Below, piece after piece: positions 9,041 to 16,529 of a DNA stretch of 52,634 nt. Made by a program: the position numbers and the translations under genes. The DNA is from a virus: the IMG/VR virus record IMGVR_UViG_3300029487_000014; one strand, written 5' to 3'. The notes below the pieces were generated by a model that worked only from the letters and a program-made list of their open reading frames with translations, was not told the DNA's origin and did not search any database. The number at the start of each line of letters is the position of its first letter. Positions within the stretch are counted from its first letter, which is position 1.

Positions 9041-9601
9041 TTACATCATATCGTCATCCTGAACAGCATTATCTCCACCGAAATCTTCTTCAGCGGTTGA
9101 GCCACCAGCCAACATCTCTCCATCTTCGAGCTTCTGGAGATTGTTCAATCCAGCAGCGATACCTTTGGATGAAACATTGAAAGCATAGAAGTTGATTGAA
9201 GCGCGACCATAACAGCCAGAATAGAACTCGTCTCTACTCATGATTGGATTAAGTGAGCGGTCCACAATGCTCGGCTGACGCATCGAGTTTGCATTGATGA
9301 AATAGTGGTCCTCAAATACTGGGTCATCCGGACGTTCTTCATCGCCATCGCGTAGAGGCAATTTGAGGTTTGCTGGGATACGGCCATTCTTATCTGCGAG
9401 TTTTGCCTTACCTGCTTCCTTTGCAGCTTCTATGGCTTTCTTGATTTTGTCAATAGTAGCCGTATCGCTCTTAGGAATAAGAACGCAGATATTATACTTA
9501 GGAGTATCGCCCTCATTCATAGCTGTGGGCTCGAACACGTTTACATAGCAAAATCTTACTTTGCCAGTTACAACCTTGGTTGAATTTACTTGATTACTCA
9601 T
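9041..9601 (-). CDS. Phage ssDNA-binding protein (DUF2815 family)
   Basis: VTGKVRFCYVNVFEP...KYNICVLIPKSD plus an acidic C-terminal tail (DFGGDNAVQDDDMM). Sits in the usual position next to the DUF2800 gene. Confidence 0.75.
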   Translation of the reverse strand: MSNQVNSTKVVTGKVRFCYVNVFEPTAMNEGDTPKYNICVLIPKSDTATIDKIKKAIEAAKEAGKAKLADKNGRIPANLKLPLRDGDEERPDDPVFEDHYFINANSMRQPSIVDRSLNPIMSRDEFYSGCYGRASINFYAFNVSSKGIAAGLNNLQKLEDGEMLAGGSTAEEDFGGDNAVQDDDMM

Positions 9602-9626
9602 TGTCTTTTAATTTAAGTTGTTATTA

Positions 9627-9782
9627 TTACTTTTTTCTATTATTTCTCATATAACCTTTAAGCTTTCTATGTTTAGCTTTAAAGTTAATACAATTGATAC
9701 CATAGCCAATCATATTATTGGGGTCATGACCAAAAGCAGTTCCTACCAATTTTGGTGATATAATAGAAGGATTACGTTCCAT
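9627..9782 (-). CDS. Possible 51-aa basic protein
   Basis: Manual translation MERNPSIISPKLVGTAFGHDPNN...KGYMRNNRKK. It fills the gap between the nuclease and SSB genes. Confidence 0.3.
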   Translation of the reverse strand: MERNPSIISPKLVGTAFGHDPNNMIGYGINCINFKAKHRKLKGYMRNNRKK

Positions 9783-9793
9783 GCTAAAAAATA

Positions 9794-11008
9794 TTATTCG
9801 TCTTTGAAATCTAATTGTGCTTGAGCATATCCCATTGCTGGTCTCTTGTCTTCAAGCGGTACAAGAGTAGGTTTGCCTTGTGGCTTGATAACCACATCTG
9901 AGAGTATTTCCTCAAAACGCTTTTTGCCTACTAACTTCTCAATAGAAGTAATTGGCTTAAGTTTCATATTGAAAATCTCATCTTCTGAAAGTTCAGGGCA
10001 ACGTGCAAAAATTGCATTAGAAGCTTGGTCTTCGTCAGCCCATTTGCGTCGACTAATTCCTTCAACTAATTTAAGCCCCGGCCATTGCTTATTCTCGTTA
10101 ATCGCTTTAGTTTGTGCATATTCTGTTATTGAATTAGCCCATTCTATAAGCTTAGGCACACGCTTAACTATATCAGCAATCTCATCATCGGTTAACAACT
10201 CTGGGTCTGCAAATTCATGTTGTGCAATTTCGAGTTGTTGCTCATAAAGCTTACGACATTGATTACGCACAGCACAAAATCTGCACCAATCTCCAGCATT
10301 AAGTTCTCCTTTACCTTCGAATGCAAGTTCAGCTCTTGGCCTAAGCTCCTCTTCTGCCCATTTACGGAGTTCTTCGACAGATATTTGCCAATTTGATATA
10401 TTGTTAATGCGAGGCTGTATAATAGTCAATCGCACTTCCGTTATATCATACATTGTATCATATTTCTGCAAAGCTCCAAGCCCATAAAGCATAAGTTGCT
10501 TATTCCATTCAGCATATACTGGAACACCTTTTCCATATTTTAAGTCAATAACTTCCATAAGGTTGTCATTGATAACAACACAGTCAGCTGTTCCAAAGCT
10601 TTCAGGCACATATTCTGTCAAATCGAGTTTCTGCTCAATTTCCATGACAGCTAACGGATTTTCAGTTTTTGCTTCAGCTAATTGTTCTGAGCAATAATCC
10701 GTATAGATAGGTACAACTTCAAGCATTTCCTCACTGAACAAGTCATTTGCCATTATCTCTTCGAGCCTTTGGTCAAAGTCTTGCTCACTAATGCTGTTAA
10801 GTGTATCTTTTCTCAGGTAAAGCTCTGAGAGCTCATGAGCTAATGTACCTTCTTCTGCATATACTGAAGACTTCTTTTCTCCGTATTCATCTTCAAGCTT
10901 AGCAGATGGAGTACAATTCAGCCATCTTCCTGCTCCAGAAGCCGAGAGGAGTGCATGACTTCTCTGGCTATGTTTCTGTGGTTTAGTACTACTTGTCGCT
11001 TGAACCAT
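9794..11008 (-). CDS. PD-(D/E)XK nuclease, DUF2800 / Cas4-like with a Cys cluster
   Basis: RWLNCTPS, GTLAHE, VIDLKYGKG, and the C-terminal cluster CRFCAVRNQC. Confidence 0.8.
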   Translation of the reverse strand: MVQATSSTKPQKHSQRSHALLSASGAGRWLNCTPSAKLEDEYGEKKSSVYAEEGTLAHELSELYLRKDTLNSISEQDFDQRLEEIMANDLFSEEMLEVVPIYTDYCSEQLAEAKTENPLAVMEIEQKLDLTEYVPESFGTADCVVINDNLMEVIDLKYGKGVPVYAEWNKQLMLYGLGALQKYDTMYDITEVRLTIIQPRINNISNWQISVEELRKWAEEELRPRAELAFEGKGELNAGDWCRFCAVRNQCRKLYEQQLEIAQHEFADPELLTDDEIADIVKRVPKLIEWANSITEYAQTKAINENKQWPGLKLVEGISRRKWADEDQASNAIFARCPELSEDEIFNMKLKPITSIEKLVGKKRFEEILSDVVIKPQGKPTLVPLEDKRPAMGYAQAQLDFKDE

Positions 11009-11123
11009 ATTCTTTTATCAGTTTTGCCAAACAATGACATCGAATAATACACTGAGCATAAAGCTCTGGATTTTCTCTGCGAAACTTCTGAGCTGCTTTT
11101 TGCAACTTCTTTGTACTCGACAT
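10989..11123 (-). CDS. Possible 44-aa Cys-containing mini-protein
   Basis: Manual translation MSSTKKLQKAAQKFRRENPELYAQCIIRCHCLAKLIKEYGSSDK. It bridges the two flanking genes with overlaps. Confidence 0.3.
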   Translation of the reverse strand: MSSTKKLQKAAQKFRRENPELYAQCIIRCHCLAKLIKEYGSSDK

Positions 11124-11125
11124 AA

Positions 11126-11536
11126 TTACAGTGACTCTAAGAAGTTATACATTTCGTCATACTTAGCCGGGTCAAGCTTTGTTACACTCGGGGCTCCAAG
11201 CTCATTGAGTTTCTGCTTGATTACGTCGCGATGCTCATTGACCTTCTTTGCAAGCATTCCGCGAACATCCTCAATGCTCTTAGAGGCAGAAGAAGCAGCC
11301 GGAGCAGCAGGTGCTGAAGGAGCAGACTCGGCAGCGCTCTGAGTCTGGGCAGGTGCCGCAGGCTGAGGAGTAGGTTTTGCGGGAGCTGGCTTTGCTGGTG
11401 CAGCAGGAGCAGGTTTAGAAGCTGGAGCAGCAGGTGCTGAAGGAGCAATAGCATTACCAAACAATGAAGTTAAAAACTTCTGCGTATTTTCAGACAGGTT
11501 TACGCTAACCTCAACAGAAATTTTAACGGTTTCCAT
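11126..11536 (-). CDS. Hypothetical protein with a long Pro/Ala-rich linker
   Basis: 136 aa. APSAPAAPASKPAPAAPAKPAPAKPTPQPAAPA separates two small domains. Confidence 0.65.
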   Translation of the reverse strand: METVKISVEVSVNLSENTQKFLTSLFGNAIAPSAPAAPASKPAPAAPAKPAPAKPTPQPAAPAQTQSAAESAPSAPAAPAASSASKSIEDVRGMLAKKVNEHRDVIKQKLNELGAPSVTKLDPAKYDEMYNFLESL

Positions 11537-11939
11537 TTTCGTAATTTTTAATAAAGTTATCTAAATAGTTAATAAACTCGTTTACTGTCATATCTGGTAC
11601 GTTTGAGAGCTTTTGGTGGATAAGCTCATTATTCTTATATATAGATACGTACACACCTTTATAATTCAGCTTTACTTTATATTCGCCTTTCAGCATTGTT
11701 AGGCATCCATCTTCAGATGAACCTTTCCAAGTATTTGCTGAAAACAAATCAGTTATTAACACGCCAATATGATTGGCCAATCGCTCTAACTGTATAACAT
11801 CCAAATTAGCTTCGCCCTTTAACACGCGGTCAAATGCCTGTTTCGGATATTTAACAGTAGGAAATAACACCTTCGCTAAATCTTCCGTATTTAGCTTGTA
11901 GTGCTCAATTACATTACCTATATTAAATTGTTGTTCCAT
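11523..11939 (-). CDS. XRE/Cro-like helix-turn-helix transcription regulator
   Basis: The N-terminus (IEHYKLNTEDLAKVLF...VLKGEANLDVIQLERLANHIGVLITDLF) fits the HTH_XRE pattern. It is the first gene after a promoter. Confidence 0.6.
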   Translation of the reverse strand: MEQQFNIGNVIEHYKLNTEDLAKVLFPTVKYPKQAFDRVLKGEANLDVIQLERLANHIGVLITDLFSANTWKGSSEDGCLTMLKGEYKVKLNYKGVYVSIYKNNELIHQKLSNVPDMTVNEFINYLDNFIKNYENGNR

Positions 11940-11974
11940 ATTTTGGTGAATTTTATTATCTTATTTTTGATATG

Positions 11975-12029
11975 CAAATATACAAACTATTCTCGAAAGA
12001 AAAAAATTTTTCCATTATTTTTTGAGAAT
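11975..12029 (-). promoter_or_regulatory. Promoter (-7 box TATATTTG at 11975-11982) with a TCGAGAAT box (11989-11996) immediately upstream and TGAGAAT at 12023-12029
   Basis: The minus-sense sequence reads TTCGAGAATAGTTTGTATATTTGCATATC. Confidence 0.6.
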
Positions 12030-12078
12030 TTATTTGTTAAAAATAATTAAACAGCAATTTTAGTGCGGCTTTGAAATT

Positions 12079-12223
12079 GCTGTAAACAAAGAAACAATAA
12101 AAACAATGCCTCTATATATTTCAAACTTAATTTCTTAATTTCCGATTAACATTAAGGTTAATAAGAAATATCAGCTTTTAATATGAAAAGATTTAATGAA
12201 ATTATTGTTTCTTTGTTTACAGC
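12079..12223. repeat. Perfect 20-bp inverted repeat (GCTGTAAACAAAGAAACAAT / ATTGTTTCTTTGTTTACAGC) with a 105-bp spacer that contains nested inverted repeats
   Basis: Arms at 12079-12098 and 12204-12223. Inner ATTTCTTA...TAAGAAAT pairing is present. Confidence 0.85.
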
Positions 12224-12269
12224 ATATATAAGTAATTGATTTTGAGCACTTTAGGCGTAAACAATGACT

Positions 12270-12296
12270 TGTTTATATTGTTTCTATTGTTTACCG
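12270..12296. repeat. Three tandem 9-mers: TGTTTATAT TGTTTCTAT TGTTTACCG (iteron-like)
   Basis: Read directly. A homologous array lies at 41441-41467. Confidence 0.8.
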
Positions 12297-12683
12297 CTTT
12301 ATGAAGTATTTTGCACACAGCCATATAATTACTAAGGCTATGGCCGTTATCAGGTATTCACCAATATTAATTTTTATCTTTTGCCATTTAGTAAACTGAG
12401 CTTCTACAGGGTATGCAACTTGAATTGTATCAACTTTTTCTCGCCAGAGAGTATCATGCTTTTCTATGTATTTATACAAGTATTTATATTTACTGAGATA
12501 CACGGTATCGCCTTTGCGTTCTACATAGATTGAATCTCTATGATATATGCTATCAATTTTGGTCTGAGATAAGTAAGTAGTATCTCTTTTCGTTGTTTCC
12601 ACTGGCACATATTGAATTGACTTACAGCTATATAATATAGTGGCTAAAAATATAAGTGTAATTATTCTCGCTAATTCTCGCAT
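12291..12683 (-). CDS. Putative unimolecular spanin (N-terminal lipoprotein signal plus C-terminal transmembrane helix)
   Basis: MRELARIITLIFLATILYSC (lipobox-like LYSC) and the C-terminal YLITAIALVIIWLCAKYFIKR. Last gene of the lysis cassette. Confidence 0.55.
   Translation of the reverse strand: MRELARIITLIFLATILYSCKSIQYVPVETTKRDTTYLSQTKIDSIYHRDSIYVERKGDTVYLSKYKYLYKYIEKHDTLWREKVDTIQVAYPVEAQFTKWQKIKINIGEYLITAIALVIIWLCAKYFIKR
12664..12681 (-). promoter_or_regulatory. Two GCGAGAAT boxes in direct repeat with 10-bp spacing
   Basis: ATTCTCGC at 12664-12671 and 12674-12681, overlapping codons 2-7 of the spanin gene. Confidence 0.5.
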
Positions 12684-12723
12684 AATCTTTGAGTTTTATT
12701 TGTTATTATTCATATTTAATATA

Positions 12724-12767
12724 AAAACCATTCTCGTGTATAAGAAATTATTACGAGAATGGTTTTT
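12724..12767 (-). terminator. Hairpin with 15-bp arms (AAAAACCATTCTCGT / ACGAGAATGGTTTTT) flanked by A and T runs; terminator-like and carries an ACGAGAAT box
   Basis: Perfect inverted repeat with a 14-nt loop, located between the amidase stop and the spanin start. Confidence 0.6.
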
Positions 12768-12774
12768 ATGTGCT

Positions 12775-13188
12775 TCAGAGGTCTTTATACTCGTATTTAG
12801 CATCAAAGCTGGGACACGCCTTAGCTGCAAATTCTCTGTGTCCATGAATAGTAGCATTTGGGTATTTTACCTTTAAGCTTTTCAGCAATTCGAGTAAAGA
12901 TTGCTTTTGAGCCTCAGTGCGCGTATCTTTAGGAGTTTTACCGTCTTTAGCAACACCTCCTACATAGCATACTCCTATAGAGTTCGCATTTTGGCCTGAA
13001 CAGTGTGCTCCAGCTACACTTTCATCTCTGCCTCTGTGAACAGAGCCATCGAGCTCAATCACATAGTGGTAACCAATGTCTTTCCAGTGATTACCATTCA
13101 CATGCCAATCTCGTATGGTCTCAGTTTTAACATCTCGTCCTTCAGGAGTAGCAGAGCAATGGACTATGATTTTATTTATCTTTCTCAT
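12775..13188 (-). CDS. N-acetylmuramoyl-L-alanine amidase endolysin (Amidase_2 / T7-lysozyme-like)
   Basis: IIVHCSATPEG, GYHYVIELDGSVHRGR, AHCSGQNANSIGVCYVGG, IHGHREFAAKACPSF. Confidence 0.9.
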   Translation of the reverse strand: MRKINKIIVHCSATPEGRDVKTETIRDWHVNGNHWKDIGYHYVIELDGSVHRGRDESVAGAHCSGQNANSIGVCYVGGVAKDGKTPKDTRTEAQKQSLLELLKSLKVKYPNATIHGHREFAAKACPSFDAKYEYKDL

Positions 13189-13658
13189 TTCTTTTTATCG
13201 TTTAAGGTGATTATTTTTGTTATTTCATTAAGTATTTCGTGGCCTTGCTCTGCAGTAGCTGCTTGCACAATCTTTTTTACTATATCAGGTACATCTGCAG
13301 CATGAGCTTTTTTACGTTTGCTATTTTCAACCACAGATTTACCCTCAATATATATAACTGCAACAGTACATAGAATTGTGGCAAATGGAATTATATAGAA
13401 TGATAATAAGCTTCCAAGTATATCAAACATAAGAGCAAAAAGCATTAGCCTTACATAATCGCCGATTTTTGTAATTGTTCTACGAAATCCATGCGACATC
13501 AATGCTTGGCCAAGTGCTTTTGCTGTCGTTGTTCCACTCCAGAAGTCTACGATACTGCTTAGTATCATGAAAATCCAGCAGACTAGAATAATGCCAACTC
13601 TAATAACTATGAAAAACATCAGTCCGTCAAAGTTCTTGGCTTCAATCAGTTCTAACAT
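13185..13658 (-). CDS. Holin (Phage_holin_4-like, multi-transmembrane)
   Basis: IVDFWSGTTTAKALGQALMSHGFRRTITKIGDY...IYIEGKSVVENS. Three or more hydrophobic helices. Overlaps the endolysin start. Confidence 0.75.
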   Translation of the reverse strand: MLELIEAKNFDGLMFFIVIRVGIILVCWIFMILSSIVDFWSGTTTAKALGQALMSHGFRRTITKIGDYVRLMLFALMFDILGSLLSFYIIPFATILCTVAVIYIEGKSVVENSKRKKAHAADVPDIVKKIVQAATAEQGHEILNEITKIITLNDKKK

Positions 13659-13659
13659 A

Positions 13660-14202
13660 CTATACGAATTTTTCCCAGTCCAACTTGATTGCTTTTCCGA
13701 TTGCGTCAGCAGTCCATCTGCAGAAAATCATGCCATCATACCCATCCGGGTCATTGGCCACTTTATGAGCATATCTCAAGCATGCGGCTTCATCTTTCAG
13801 AGGGTCTGGATAGAAATCTGCATAAGCCATGTTAGCCACATAGGTAACATCACCTGTTGTCACTTTACCAGGAATGCTCAATCCTAAGCTTTCCATAGAC
13901 TTTTTGACTTGACTTGTAGTCCAAGAATGCTGTTGGCCATTAGCATTTACCATCATTTTACTTACGTGCTCTTGCAGAGCATCTGTAAAGTGATAGCCGT
14001 GCTTTTTGACATACTCAGAATATCCTTTAGCAGACATGAGAGCATTTGCTGTTTGCTCATAAGGCAAATCGAATTTGACCTTATGCTCACCATGAGGAGT
14101 AGCTATTCTGCTTTCTACTACTACGTCTTCTTCATCTTCGTGCTCCTTATCATGGTCGCATGTATAATGCTTTACTATGATACATTTTAATCTGTGTCCC
14201 AT
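13660..14202 (-). CDS. Hypothetical protein
   Basis: 180-aa ORF with a His/Asp/Glu-rich N-terminus. Confidence 0.6.
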   Translation of the reverse strand: MGHRLKCIIVKHYTCDHDKEHEDEEDVVVESRIATPHGEHKVKFDLPYEQTANALMSAKGYSEYVKKHGYHFTDALQEHVSKMMVNANGQQHSWTTSQVKKSMESLGLSIPGKVTTGDVTYVANMAYADFYPDPLKDEAACLRYAHKVANDPDGYDGMIFCRWTADAIGKAIKLDWEKFV

Positions 14203-14207
14203 AACTT

Positions 14208-14702
14208 TTAGCTTTCAAATTTTTTGATGAAATTCTCCATCATTTCCTGCTGCTTTTTCATGAGTTCTTCCATGCCACTAATGGACTTCTCAATCTTGCC
14301 GAAACGCTGTTCTGTTTCTTGCTTTTCCTTATACATAGGATTAAGCTCTGCAAGCAATAAAGGAGCTTTGTCAATGATATTTTGAGCTTTAGAAGCAGAA
14401 GCCAAAACCTGTTCAGCATTTGCCTTTTGAGCTTCAACTTCGCTCGTCAATCCAGATTTTTCTGTTGACAGAACAAGATGCCCGGCATAGGTAACTGAAT
14501 GGCTTTCAGGAATAGCGTAAGTTGCCATTTTTCCATTGGCCTCTATAGTAACATCTACTACCATCTCTGTCTTGCCAGTCTTCTGGTTCATTTCTAATCG
14601 AGGAAACGATACCTGAGTGGCTTTGCCTTGAATAAGGCTAAATTCCTGTGTATCAAGAATGTATACAGGATAATTCTGCTTTATATCTTTGAATAACAAC
14701 AT
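14208..14702 (-). CDS. Hypothetical protein with a coiled-coil C-terminus
   Basis: 164-aa ORF. Confidence 0.6.
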   Translation of the reverse strand: MLLFKDIKQNYPVYILDTQEFSLIQGKATQVSFPRLEMNQKTGKTEMVVDVTIEANGKMATYAIPESHSVTYAGHLVLSTEKSGLTSEVEAQKANAEQVLASASKAQNIIDKAPLLLAELNPMYKEKQETEQRFGKIEKSISGMEELMKKQQEMMENFIKKFES

Positions 14703-14727
14703 ATAGCTTATCTTTTTGAATTGTTAA

Positions 14728-14775
14728 TAAAAAAGAGGGCACTCAGAGAAGTATAAAACTTCCCTAAGTACCCTC
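14728..14775 (-). terminator. Strong rho-independent terminator ending the structural/fibre operon
   Basis: Minus sense: GAGGGTACTTAGGGAAGT-loop-ACTTCTCTGAGTGCCCTC followed by TTTTTT. 18-bp stem including G:U pairs. Confidence 0.8.
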
Positions 14776-14783
14776 AATTTCAA

Positions 14784-15203
14784 TTAGGCTGCTGGTTCAG
14801 CTGGAATAGAAACGCTCAATGAGCTATTGATAGCATAGCAGTTGGATTTTCCGCATACTATCTTAATAAGTCCTTGAGTCATTCCAAGCTGGTTGATAGT
14901 AACAGATGTAGGAAGTGTCGTTCTACCTTGGAATGCAACCACAAACCGTTCATTGATTGCCTGTGTCTCAGCTTGGCATTTGCAAGCATTCGGAGTAGTA
15001 ATCGTGATTGTTGCTACAATAGGCACGAATACGGTAGTTCCGTTAAGAACAGGCGTTTCATTCCTATAAGTAACAGTCGCAAACGGTTGATTGGTAGAAG
15101 TTGCACAGACACAACGACACAATTTCTCCTTAAATGTGGCCAAGAACGAAACTTGATTTGCCACAGGAGCAGCGGCTAAGCCTACTGGCGATAATGTAAC
15201 CAT
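14784..15203 (-). CDS. Hypothetical Cys-containing beta-rich protein (GC-rich island)
   Basis: 139 aa with CRCVC, CKC and VCGKSNC motifs. Last gene before the terminator. Confidence 0.6.
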   Translation of the reverse strand: MVTLSPVGLAAAPVANQVSFLATFKEKLCRCVCATSTNQPFATVTYRNETPVLNGTTVFVPIVATITITTPNACKCQAETQAINERFVVAFQGRTTLPTSVTINQLGMTQGLIKIVCGKSNCYAINSSLSVSIPAEPAA

Positions 15204-15229
15204 AATCTTTACAGTTTAATGGTTAAACA

Positions 15230-16117
15230 TTACTGGCCACAGCCGCATCCGCAGCTATTACCGCCACAGCCACAATTGCCAAGCCTGTTGAAACGCTCGT
15301 TAATCAGGCTGTTCTGGCGCTCCTGAGAAAGCTCGAATTTAAGGTCCTGAATTTTCAGAGCCTGTTCGTCCTTCCAGTGGTTGTTCAGAGTGTCGATGAT
15401 ACGCTGAGTGTTGTCCTGACCAGCGCGAAGAATATCGCACTTATCCTGCTGAGCTTGGAAAGCAGTAGACGAGAAGCCCTGCGTAATCGCAAAGCCAAGG
15501 TCACGCTGACCATTGCGGAGTTCGGCAGTGTCTTTACAATTCTGGAGGAACAGGTCACCGCGGAAATCAGCAATCTGGCGCTGAGTCTGGCAGCAGCAGT
15601 TCTGCAGAGCCTGGATAACATTGCAGTCACCGAGGTTAACGGCATTGATAACGCGCTCAGCAGAGAAGCCAACCTGACCAGCAACTTGTTGGATAGCAGC
15701 CTGAACATCGCAGCAGCACTTCTGAAGAGTGTTGAAATCGATGTTAAGCGTCTGAGCCAGCTGGCTAAGAGCAAAGCCGTTGCCCTGGATGGCAGACTTA
15801 ATGCAATCAGCATTCTGGTTGTCCTGCAACTGAGTACGGATAGCATTGAGCTGAGCCTGAGTTTCGATACCCTGAGTAGCGGTACCTGCTCCTGCACCAT
15901 CCCCGCCAAAGCCGAAGCCTCCATTGCGGAACAGAGCCAGGAACATGAGGTAGGCAAACGGATTGTTCATCCAGTTGTTCATACCTCCACCCATCATGGC
16001 GGCCATCGGGCCCCAATCATCTCTACGGTTATTACCGTTTGCCAAGATGGCAGCTGCGAGCGCGTTGTCGTTGTTATCGCGGTCGCAACAATAGATTTTT
16101 TCTACAGTTTCTCCCAT
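15230..16117 (-). CDS. Hypothetical Cys-cluster / Gly-rich protein (GC-rich island)
   Basis: 295 aa. Contains YCCDRD, GGGMNNWMNNPFAYLMFLALFRNGGFGFGGDGAGAG, QKCCCDVQ, QNCCCQTQ and the C-terminal GNCGCGGNSCGCGCGQ. Confidence 0.65.
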   Translation of the reverse strand: MGETVEKIYCCDRDNNDNALAAAILANGNNRRDDWGPMAAMMGGGMNNWMNNPFAYLMFLALFRNGGFGFGGDGAGAGTATQGIETQAQLNAIRTQLQDNQNADCIKSAIQGNGFALSQLAQTLNIDFNTLQKCCCDVQAAIQQVAGQVGFSAERVINAVNLGDCNVIQALQNCCCQTQRQIADFRGDLFLQNCKDTAELRNGQRDLGFAITQGFSSTAFQAQQDKCDILRAGQDNTQRIIDTLNNHWKDEQALKIQDLKFELSQERQNSLINERFNRLGNCGCGGNSCGCGCGQ

Positions 16118-16176
16118 AATTTTGAAGAATTTAGAAATCTGTTAAACAATAAAGTTAATTATATACAGACACCTCT

Positions 16177-16512
16177 CTAGAAAAAACTTTTAGCCAGACG
16201 TTGCATTATATACGTAGATTGATAAAAGATTGCAAATATCATCCTCATCATATTCGCAGTCATACCCGTAAAGAGGAAGCAGATTATCACCACGTAAAGG
16301 ACCAGTTCGGCCAGGGCGTTCTTGAACTTGCCGAAAGAAAAGTTCTCGCAGCACGTGAAACTCACCCCGTCCGCCTTCATACCCGCATAGATGTTGAAGG
16401 CAAAGGCCAACACCAATGCCAGCAAGAATCCCTTCGTCGGGGTGTAATACGCCAGCACCGGACTGATGGCTGATGCCGACACCATGCGCAAATGTTCCCA
16501 ATCCGTTCTCAT
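16177..16512 (-). CDS. Membrane protein, possible second holin-like protein
   Basis: 111 aa with FLLALVLAFAFNIYAGMKADG...LAELVLYVVIICFLFTG. Loosely resembles the core of holin 13185..13658. Confidence 0.5.
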   Translation of the reverse strand: MRTDWEHLRMVSASAISPVLAYYTPTKGFLLALVLAFAFNIYAGMKADGVSFTCCENFSFGKFKNALAELVLYVVIICFLFTGMTANMMRMIFAIFYQSTYIMQRLAKSFF

Positions 16513-16529
16513 ATACTATTCCTTTTCCA

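Noticed and set aside
15377-16180. A 267-aa + strand ORF, and the 190-aa alternative-frame - strand ORF 15385..15957, both overlapping the Cys-cluster gene.
   Set aside because: They lie in the GC-rich island, where stop codons are rare in every frame. Their translations are low-complexity (Ser/Leu/Ala runs). The + strand ORF also opposes the direction of the surrounding operon. The 15230..16117 frame has sensible start and stop spacing with its neighbours.
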